64,000 nt of DNA from Gammaproteobacteria bacterium (GTDB lineage Bacteria > Pseudomonadota > Gammaproteobacteria > HK1), in contig OZ244909.1 of NCBI GenBank assembly GCA_965221725.1, forward strand, positions 2,629,925 to 2,693,924. Direction: 5' to 3'. Made by a program: the position numbers and the translations under genes. The notes below the pieces were generated by a model that saw nothing but the letters and a program-made list of their open reading frames with translations, searched no databases and was not told the DNA's origin. Positions 38,628-46,345 of the stretch are shown piece by piece. Numbering within the stretch: position 1 is the first letter of the stretch; every line of letters starts with the position of its first letter.

Positions 38628-39932
38628 TCAGAAGAAACGCACCAACGCGAGCTGGATGTAGTCGTCCCGACGAAGCGGGGCCATCGGGTCGTCACGCTCG
38701 ACGCCGTTCCAGGCCCGTGCCTCCAGCTCGACCCTCCAGTCGTCGCGCACGCGCCGCGAGGCCTCGAGGGTGAGAGCGGTTGCATCGCCTTCGGCATCGG
38801 CGACGACCGCCGCCACGAGTTCGGTGCCCGCCTCGTCGTTGAGCCCGAGCCGCACGCCGGCGAAGAGGTCGTTCTCGAGAGGGTGCGGCGCGCGTCCCCC
38901 ACGCCCGTCGAACAGGTGCTCCACGAGCAGCCCCAGATCGCTGTCGCTCCCGCGGATGCCGAACCATGTGTATTCGAACCCGGCGACCCACGCGAGGTAG
39001 GCATCTCCCTGCCCCGACTGATGGAGCAGCTCCGCCTTCCACAGCATGGCTTCCTTCGTCGCCTGGAGATCGAGCGAAGTGCGCTGCACGACGTCGTAGT
39101 GGGGCGTCAGGACCACCTCCGCCGGAGACGCTGGCGACGATCCGGCGCCAGGGCACCCCGGCCGCGGCGCCGGTTGTCCATCGGCGCACAAGCTCAGGGG
39201 CAGCAGCCGCGGCTCGCGACTCGTGCCGTGGAAGTGCGCCACGCCGATATCGAAATCCCCGAACGCGTGCGACCAGCGCACCGCGAAGTCGACGCGCTCG
39301 CGGCCCGCCCCCGACTCATGGGTGGCGCGGCTCGTGTCGACGAAGGGCTCGGAACGCAGGCGCCCCTCGCGTCCCGGGTAGGTCCGCTCGCGGAATCCCG
39401 GGAGCACGAAGAGATCGAGCACGCCCCAGTCTCGGGCGAGGGAGAGGTTGACGAGCGGCTGGCCCAGCTTGTCTTCGAGGTCGACGTTCTCCACGAGGTC
39501 CGTCTGGTTGATGACGTCGACGAGATGGTAGGACTCGGTGACGCCCCAGAACACGCGACCGATGCCGGCGCGCAGTTCGAAGTCGTCGAAGACCCGCTGG
39601 TACATCAGCTCCCGCACGTCGAAGTGCGTGCGCCGGTCATCGGCCGAATCGACACGCAGGAACGGCGTGAACACCAGGCTCTGCGCGTCGTCGAAGGCGT
39701 GGTAGAGCTCCGGCTGGACCGCGAACGACAGGCCATGGTGCGTCTGGGGAGGATGTTCGGGTGCGTGCAGGAAGACGCGCGGCTCGATTTCCACCCGGCC
39801 GCTCATCTCGAGGGCGCCGAGCGGAGGTGTGATTGCCAGCAGCGAAACCGCGGCGAGCATGATCCGGGTCGGCGCCAAGCCCGACGCGAAGGTCCTGCGA
39901 GCGCCCCCCGACTCGGCATTCATGGCATGCAT
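38628..39932 (-). CDS. Putative outer-membrane beta-barrel protein (family usually found with MMPL + LolA-like genes)
   Basis: Signal-peptide-like N-terminus, RTHFDVREL, GIGRVFWGVTES, VDVINQTD, alternating amphipathic strands and a C-terminal Phe (LVRFF). Confidence 0.7.
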   Translation of the reverse strand: MHAMNAESGGARRTFASGLAPTRIMLAAVSLLAITPPLGALEMSGRVEIEPRVFLHAPEHPPQTHHGLSFAVQPELYHAFDDAQSLVFTPFLRVDSADDRRTHFDVRELMYQRVFDDFELRAGIGRVFWGVTESYHLVDVINQTDLVENVDLEDKLGQPLVNLSLARDWGVLDLFVLPGFRERTYPGREGRLRSEPFVDTSRATHESGAGRERVDFAVRWSHAFGDFDIGVAHFHGTSREPRLLPLSLCADGQPAPRPGCPGAGSSPASPAEVVLTPHYDVVQRTSLDLQATKEAMLWKAELLHQSGQGDAYLAWVAGFEYTWFGIRGSDSDLGLLVEHLFDGRGGRAPHPLENDLFAGVRLGLNDEAGTELVAAVVADAEGDATALTLEASRRVRDDWRVELEARAWNGVERDDPMAPLRRDDYIQLALVRFF

Positions 39933-40042
39933 TCCCGCCGTGCGCGGTGGCGAGCATGATCCGAGCCTGCGCCAGACCCGATGCGAGGTTCCTGCGAGCA
40001 CCCGCCGGCCTGGTAGTCATTGCATGCATTCCCGCCGCGCGC
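39852..40042. repeat. Imperfect tandem duplication, period 97 bp, covering the translation start and signal-peptide N-region of the OM protein gene
   Basis: GGCGAGCATGATCCG at 39852 and 39949; GCATGCATTCCCGCCG at 39925 and 40022. The copies encode MHAMNAESGGARRTFASGLAPTRIMLA and MHAMTTRPAGARRNLASGLAQARIMLA in different frames. Confidence 0.85.
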
Positions 40043-40158
40043 GTCCCGGATGCGCGCACACGGGAGTTGCGCGGCAGTCCTTGCGCGAGACACGGCCAGC
40101 GGATCGAACCCCGTTCCGCGCCGCGTCATCTCGGGAGCCATCTCGATCCCGGCAAACA

Positions 40159-40944
40159 TCACCGGGCTCGCTTGAGCGCGTTGCGATCGAAGTCCCGGTC
40201 GGTGAGTCCGGTGTTCAGACGGTAGTCTTTCCACTCGATCCGGGTGCTCTTGCCGGTCCGGTCGTTCGCCATGTGCATCACGTCGGGACGCCAGAACCGG
40301 TCGAGATACTGACGGTAGCCTTCGATCGTGAGCGTCTTCAGCAGCGTATTCCTGCGATCGTAATACTCTGTCTTGACGATCCGCCAGATCTCCTGGTCGA
40401 TCCATACCACCTGGCGGGTGTATCCGGAGTGTTCGTACTGGGGGAAGTACTCCACCACCATGGTCTGCCTCCCATCGAGCTCTTCGTCGCGCAGCCACTT
40501 GTAGCGAAACTTGTCCACCTCCTGTGACGCAAGGTCCTCGTAGGCGAATTCGCTGCCCATGAACGACCCCGACTTGTTTCTCGACGAGATCCGCTTGACC
40601 CGCTTCAGCGCCGGCAGGTAGAGCCACTGGTCGTCCGGCTTCGTGGCATGCGTATGGCTCAGGAAGGCGGTGCCCTTCACATCCCGCGGGCTTTCGAACC
40701 GGGACAGGCTCTTGTCCCCGTCGCCCTCGACCTCCAGGGTGCTGATGCGAAGCTCGCGACGGCTTTCCTGTCCCTGCCGGTTGCGCAGGGTCATGACCAG
40801 ACTGGCGCGCTGGTCCTTCCAGCCGCTGTCCCGGCGTTCCATCTCCGTGACGATCGCCAGGCCCTTCTCCTCCGGTGTCTGCGCATGTGCGGCGGGCACC
40901 GGAGCGACGGTAAGCAGCACGATCGGCAGAAGTATCGTCTTCAC
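40159..40944 (-). CDS. Outer-membrane lipoprotein-sorting (LolA-like, DUF1329) periplasmic protein
   Basis: GTG start with GGAGG, signal peptide, FESPRDVKGTAFL, DDQWLYLPALKRVKRIS and SFMGSEFAYEDL. Confidence 0.88.
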   Translation of the reverse strand: MKTILLPIVLLTVAPVPAAHAQTPEEKGLAIVTEMERRDSGWKDQRASLVMTLRNRQGQESRRELRISTLEVEGDGDKSLSRFESPRDVKGTAFLSHTHATKPDDQWLYLPALKRVKRISSRNKSGSFMGSEFAYEDLASQEVDKFRYKWLRDEELDGRQTMVVEYFPQYEHSGYTRQVVWIDQEIWRIVKTEYYDRRNTLLKTLTIEGYRQYLDRFWRPDVMHMANDRTGKSTRIEWKDYRLNTGLTDRDFDRNALKRAR

Positions 40945-41045
40945 TCCAGGCCTCCTTCGACAATCTCGAGTGTGGCAGCCGGCGTGCGCGGGCCGCGGAG
41001 CGCTGAACGCGCCGCAAGCGCGTGGATAGCGGGGAGTGGCGCGAA

Positions 41046-42119
41046 TCATCTTCCGATGCCCGAAGCCGCTGCCTGCCCGACGCGGGGAAGACCACGAGCA
41101 AAAGCCGCGAAGAGGAGCTTCAGGGCCGAGTCCGAGCGCACCAGAGCGCTGGTGACGATAACGACGCCCTTTACGCTGGTGCGCGAGATCTTCACCTCCT
41201 GGCCGTTGCTGAAGTGCGGCGTGGCATGAATCCGGCGCAGCGTCAGAACTGCCATGCCCAGTGCCCACAGGCAGTGGCGGCGAATTCCCGTCTCGTGAGC
41301 AGGAATGAGCAAGGTATACCGCAGCGCGTTCGCAAGGTGCTGGCGCGCAACGGCCACCAGTTCGAAGAGTCCCTTCACGAACCTCGGATCCGCCTGACCC
41401 GGAGACAACGAACTCAAATCGAACCCGAAGGAGGAAAAGACGTCCCGCGGCAACCAGCAGACGCCACGTTCGTGATCGTCCCACATGTCCTTGAGTATGT
41501 TGGTCATCTGCAACCCCTGCCCGAAGGATGTGGCCAACGCAAGCATCTCCTCGCGTCGAGCGCGGATCTCATCGGAATAATCGCAGAACAGTTCCGTGAG
41601 CATTTCACCGACCACGCCGGCGACGTGGTAGCAGTAGCGATCCATCTCGGGAAGATCGCTCAGACCCTCCAGGCTTGCCTCCTGCTGGAATTCCGCCATC
41701 CCGCGTTTCATGGTGCGCACGCAGCGCTCCATGGCGGCGCGCTGTGCCGAAGAGAATCCGTGGGTGATCCTCACCACGCGGTCGATGTTCGCGACGAGAT
41801 CCCGCTCGCTGCGGGTTGTCGCTGGTGACAAGAGTGCGGTCAGCTCTCGCGCGAACGCTTCCACATCGTCTTCGTGACCTTCCACGATGGTGATGAAGCG
41901 CTGGAAGTATTCCTCTTTCAACCCCGGTGACAACGCGGGTTCGTCCTCGATGGTGTCGGCGATTCTGCAAAGCAGGTAGGCATTCGCTACCGCATCGCGT
42001 AACGGGTTTGGCAGTTGCGGGATGGTGAAGGCGAACGTGCGGGAGACACCCTGCAGGATGTCCGTCTGGTAGGCGAGATCCCGCCCATGCGACGCGGTGC
42101 AGGAAGTGGCATTGGCCAT
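41046..42119 (-). CDS. sqs: Squalene synthase (single-enzyme, farnesyl-diphosphate farnesyltransferase type)
   Basis: [39 protein letters not shown] and [12 protein letters not shown] (SQS signature); sterol-gene context. Start taken at MANATS. Confidence 0.85.
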   Translation of the reverse strand: MANATSCTASHGRDLAYQTDILQGVSRTFAFTIPQLPNPLRDAVANAYLLCRIADTIEDEPALSPGLKEEYFQRFITIVEGHEDDVEAFARELTALLSPATTRSERDLVANIDRVVRITHGFSSAQRAAMERCVRTMKRGMAEFQQEASLEGLSDLPEMDRYCYHVAGVVGEMLTELFCDYSDEIRARREEMLALATSFGQGLQMTNILKDMWDDHERGVCWLPRDVFSSFGFDLSSLSPGQADPRFVKGLFELVAVARQHLANALRYTLLIPAHETGIRRHCLWALGMAVLTLRRIHATPHFSNGQEVKISRTSVKGVVIVTSALVRSDSALKLLFAAFARGLPRVGQAAASGIGR

Positions 42120-42287
42120 GAGCTTTTCGTCGTGAGAGATGCTTTCCGGATTCCGAGGTGCGCGTGCCAGCGGCCTCCGCCGGAGGTTCTCGAATCCGGC
42201 CCCTTCCGGTGCGGGCAGACCGATGGTTTCACGCACGAAAGAATACAGTCAAGGCACAGCACCCGACAACACCGATCCTGGCGAGCG

Positions 42288-42316
42288 TTGACAGGTTCCG
42301 ACCGCATGGATAGGGT
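42288..42316 (+). promoter_or_regulatory. Candidate sigma70 promoter for the MMPL gene
   Basis: TTGACA (42288-42293)-17 bp-TAGGGT (42311-42316), 50 nt upstream of ATG 42366. Confidence 0.5.
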
Positions 42317-42365
42317 TCGCAGACCTCCGCCTTCGCGGAGACACCGATCGGGCGGATTCTGCGCC

Positions 42366-44681
42366 ATGTCATTGAAATCGGATTTTTTCGATCTGGTCGT
42401 AGGCCGGCACTGGTTGACGACATTCGCCACTCTGGTGGTGGTCGCGATCCTTGCGGCGGGGATGCAGTACCTGATCGTTGTCGATGTAGGCATCCGAAAT
42501 CACTTCAGTGGCGATGATCCGCATTTGGTCAAGCTGGAAAACTTCGAAGAAACCTATGCGGTATCCGACAGCGTCCTGGTCGTTGCCGCCCCACCGGACG
42601 ACACGGTTTTCACCCGCGAGACGTTGGGTGCAATCGAGCGATTGACAGAGGCGCTGTGGCAGACGCCCTATGCGACTCGTGTCGATTCGATCACCAACTA
42701 CTCGCATTCGGAAGGAAATGAAGAAGGCCTGGTAGTCGAACCGTTGGTCGACGATGCCGCCTTGCTTGATGATGATCAACTCGACCGGGTGCGAACGATT
42801 GCCCTCACCACACAGGATACGGCCGGGCGCTTCGTCTCTCTCGACGGGCGCCTGGCCGGGCTGATCGTCAGTCTCATACTTCCCGATGACGGCCGGGAGC
42901 AGAAAAAAGCCGAAGTGGTCGACGCTCTCTACGACCTCGTCGACGCGCAGAGCACAGCCAATCCCGAAATCGAATATCACATCTATGGCGAGTTGTTGCT
43001 TGATCAAACCATTCGGGAGGCGCTGAATGAGGACATGTCAGTCCTTGCGCCGATTGCGTTTGCGACGATGATGCTGGTTGCCATTCTGGTGCTGCGTTCG
43101 GTATGGGGCGTTCTGGGAATTCTGGTGATGTTGATCGCCGTGATGATATCCGGTTTCGGATTTGCCGGTTGGTTCGGATTGAAATTCTACGGCGAGAGTG
43201 GCGCGGCACTATTCGTGCTGATGGCGATTGCCGTCGCCCATTCAGTCCATCTGATTCAGGGGGTGATGAACGGAATGCGTAGCGGGATGGAACGCAAGGC
43301 TGCGACGATTCATTCGCTGCAGATCAATGCCCGCCCCATCTTTCTGACTTCCGTGACCACCGCAATCGGTTTTCTGAGTCTGAATTTCTCGGAGATGCCG
43401 CCTTTCCGGGTGATGGGCAACATCGTTGCTTTTGGCGCCATGTGCGCATTCGTCTATGCGGTCACGCTTCTGCCGGCTCTGCTGTCGATGATGCCCATGC
43501 GGGCACCAGCCATGAAAAAGGAGGGAGTCGAGTTCTTAGAGCATCTGGGAAATTTCGTGACTTCCAACGGCACCATCCTGCTCTGGATTTTTGCCATTTT
43601 GTCGGTGGTCAGCGCAATCGGGGTTTCGAGAATCGAGCTGGACGACAACAATCTCCAGTTGCTGGAAGAAAGCTACGAACTGCGTCAGTCTGCTGATTTC
43701 ATCAGCGAAAATTTTTCAGGACTGGATACATTCGAATATTCGCTGAGTTCCGGGCGCGAAGGGGGAATTACCGACGTCTCGTACCTGAATCAGGTCGATG
43801 CATTCGCTGATTGGCTCCGCGACCAACCAGAGGTTTCCCACGTCACTGCGGTGACCGATGTGCTGAAGCGGTTGAATCGGAATCTGAACGGCGATGTGGA
43901 CGGCTCCTATATCCTCCCGGAAAGCTCGGATCTTGCGGCGCAATATCTGCTTCTCTACGAGTTTTCTCTCCCGGTGGGACTCGATCTGAACAATCTCATC
44001 GACTTTGACCGTTCAGCGACTCGCATGACGGTCGTGGTTGAAGCGATGTCGGTTAGAGAACAAATCGAATTCGACGAACGAGCCTCCGCCTGGTTGCGGG
44101 AGAACGCACCACAGATCGGAACCGGAGCAACCGGAGTGACCATCGTCAGTGCCTATTCGGTGATGAGGAATATCGTCAAGATGCTGATTGGCACCGTCAT
44201 TGCGATGTCAATTGTCTCGCTCATTCTCGTTTTTGTTTTCAAGAGCGTGTGGCTCGGACTCCTGAGCTTGATACCGAACTTCCTGCCGGCCATCATGGCG
44301 ATGGGGGTTTGGGGATACACTGTGGGAACCGTCAGTGTCGCAGCGTCGATTGTGACCGCGATCGCATTCGGCATCATCGTGGATGACACCATTCACTTGT
44401 TGTCCAAGTACCTGAGATCACGTGGTGAGGGCAAGTCACCCACGGAGGCAATCGTGCCGACCTTCAAGCTCGTCGGGAGGCCGTTGTTGACCACCACCTT
44501 GATTTTCGCGCTGGGGTTTCTGGTATTCGGCGCGTCGGGGCTTGCGACCAATCAGACCCTTGGGGTGCTGGTGGGGCTCACGGTCGTCATCGCGCTGATG
44601 GCGGACTTCCTCCTCTTTCCCCCCCTGCTGGTAGCCCTTGACAAGACCAAAGCATTGGTGACTCGCACAGCGACGCATTAG
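42366..44681 (+). CDS. MMPL-family RND transporter (candidate sterol exporter)
   Basis: Two repeats of TM + periplasmic domain + 5 TM; motifs TTAIGFLSL and GIIVDDTIH. Divergent from sqs, convergent with the DHCR24-like gene. Confidence 0.9.
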   Translation: MSLKSDFFDLVVGRHWLTTFATLVVVAILAAGMQYLIVVDVGIRNHFSGDDPHLVKLENFEETYAVSDSVLVVAAPPDDTVFTRETLGAIERLTEALWQTPYATRVDSITNYSHSEGNEEGLVVEPLVDDAALLDDDQLDRVRTIALTTQDTAGRFVSLDGRLAGLIVSLILPDDGREQKKAEVVDALYDLVDAQSTANPEIEYHIYGELLLDQTIREALNEDMSVLAPIAFATMMLVAILVLRSVWGVLGILVMLIAVMISGFGFAGWFGLKFYGESGAALFVLMAIAVAHSVHLIQGVMNGMRSGMERKAATIHSLQINARPIFLTSVTTAIGFLSLNFSEMPPFRVMGNIVAFGAMCAFVYAVTLLPALLSMMPMRAPAMKKEGVEFLEHLGNFVTSNGTILLWIFAILSVVSAIGVSRIELDDNNLQLLEESYELRQSADFISENFSGLDTFEYSLSSGREGGITDVSYLNQVDAFADWLRDQPEVSHVTAVTDVLKRLNRNLNGDVDGSYILPESSDLAAQYLLLYEFSLPVGLDLNNLIDFDRSATRMTVVVEAMSVREQIEFDERASAWLRENAPQIGTGATGVTIVSAYSVMRNIVKMLIGTVIAMSIVSLILVFVFKSVWLGLLSLIPNFLPAIMAMGVWGYTVGTVSVAASIVTAIAFGIIVDDTIHLLSKYLRSRGEGKSPTEAIVPTFKLVGRPLLTTTLIFALGFLVFGASGLATNQTLGVLVGLTVVIALMADFLLFPPLLVALDKTKALVTRTATH

Positions 44682-46345
44682 TCGTCGGCTTTCTCTCTGA
44701 TTTCAGCGATCAACCAACTTTCCGGCATGACCTTGTCGTAAACCTCGGGGAAAGCATTTTCCGCCTCGTACTTGCGCCGCATGGCGCGGTAGTTGCCGTG
44801 TTCGAAGGTCTGTTCGAATTCATCGCGCGTCATGCAGAGATCGGCATAGAGCATCAAGTAGCCGCCACATTCACGTACGAACTGCTCAAGACGTCGAGTT
44901 GCCGGCACTTGATGGTAGTGACCAGTGGCGGCGCTTGGCGGAATACCGTAGATGCCGAGATCGACGAACATTTGATGGGGTGCACCCTTGGCTGGGTTGC
45001 GAAGAAAACCCTCATTGGCTCCGTGATCGAACAGCCTGACCGGACAGACCCATAGCGGATGAATGTCGAAGAGTTCGTCGCTGATGTGGATCGAGTCGGC
45101 GAGGCATTCGATAGGTATCAAGATATCGTGCGCGACACGATTTGCAAAAGCCTTTCGTCGCACATCCGGCGTCTGCGTCAGCTTCATGAGCGAGATCTTG
45201 GGTGCGCCCATCCATGCCCACAGATAGCGGTACCACACAGAATTGGCGAAGCCGATGAGATCCTTGATCTGAAAAAAAACGGAGGGTGTATGACGGTGGA
45301 AGTAATGGCGAGCTGGAATGTAGTCGGTGAACTTTCCAATTTCTAGACTTTGCGCAGCATGGCTGTAAAACCAGGGTTTATGAAACCTGTTGATGTGATT
45401 GACGCGTACTCCGGGGGGAGGGGAGGCGAATTCACCCTTCAGGATGACGCCCGAGTTTTCGGAAAATATCAATCCCTCGATAAAGCGGGGAGCGTTGGGA
45501 TCGGCGGTAAGTTCTTCCAGTCGGGCACAAAAACCTTCCAGAGAGTGAAATGGCTCGTAATTGAGCTTGACGTGCGGTTGAATTGGCACAATGCGTAACT
45601 CGACCGCTACGAGGAACCCCAACGTACCATGCGACCAGGGTAGCGCGTGGAACAGATCGGCGTTTTCTTCACGCGTGGCTCGAATCAGTTCGCCATTGGC
45701 AACGACGACCTCGAATGCCTCGACCGTTTCGTGCAGAAAACCTTCGCGATGGCTTGTGGTTTCGATGCCGACACCCATGCAGAGTCCGCCCAGTGTCAGG
45801 TCGTCCATCTCCGCCAGAACGGTGAGCGCGTATCCTCTGGGGACGAGAAAATGCGTGATATCCCCCATTGTCACCATCGGTTCGGCGCGCACGATGCCCC
45901 GTACTTCATCCACTTCCAGAACATTGCGGAGATCGATGTGCACCTGATGCATGCTTTCCTTAAAGTCCGGGTTGCGCGGTGTCATCGACTTCCAGGGCTT
46001 GCGTGCCGTGCACATGCGCTTTCCACTGGCATAACCGTCCCGGACTTGCGACTGAATCGCGCGTACGGCGGCGGCATGCCTGGCGTCGGTGTTCCGGAAA
46101 GTGCGATAGAACCACTTGCCAAGATCTTCAATCTTTTGGTAGACGAAGCTGGCCGGCACCGCGAAGCCCGCAATGACGAACTCACGGTGGTGGAACATGA
46201 AATCGGTGAAGGACTTCGGGACCTTCATCACATCAATGTACTCCCTGTCGAAATCTGCTGTTTTCCCCGACTCTGAGTCAGCCCGGAAAACCGCTAATCC
46301 CGAATACAGGGAGGTCTTGTCGCACGGGGAAGTTAATTTTTTCAA
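44678..46345 (-). CDS. Delta24-sterol reductase-like FAD oxidoreductase (DHCR24/DWF1 family)
   Basis: RMCTARKPW, VRAEPMVTMG, LTLGGLCMGVGIETTSH, FHALPWSHGTLGFL, YFHRHTPSVF, PLWVCP and AFPEVYDKV. Start is TTG 46345 (TTGA overlap) or ATG 46228. Confidence 0.88.
   Translation of the reverse strand: MKKLTSPCDKTSLYSGLAVFRADSESGKTADFDREYIDVMKVPKSFTDFMFHHREFVIAGFAVPASFVYQKIEDLGKWFYRTFRNTDARHAAAVRAIQSQVRDGYASGKRMCTARKPWKSMTPRNPDFKESMHQVHIDLRNVLEVDEVRGIVRAEPMVTMGDITHFLVPRGYALTVLAEMDDLTLGGLCMGVGIETTSHREGFLHETVEAFEVVVANGELIRATREENADLFHALPWSHGTLGFLVAVELRIVPIQPHVKLNYEPFHSLEGFCARLEELTADPNAPRFIEGLIFSENSGVILKGEFASPPPGVRVNHINRFHKPWFYSHAAQSLEIGKFTDYIPARHYFHRHTPSVFFQIKDLIGFANSVWYRYLWAWMGAPKISLMKLTQTPDVRRKAFANRVAHDILIPIECLADSIHISDELFDIHPLWVCPVRLFDHGANEGFLRNPAKGAPHQMFVDLGIYGIPPSAATGHYHQVPATRRLEQFVRECGGYLMLYADLCMTRDEFEQTFEHGNYRAMRRKYEAENAFPEVYDKVMPESWLIAEIREKADD

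Noticed and set aside
41046-42119. Phytoene synthase / carotenoid pathway
   Set aside because: SQS-type motifs ([16 protein letters not shown]), no crtI/crtY, and sterol context.
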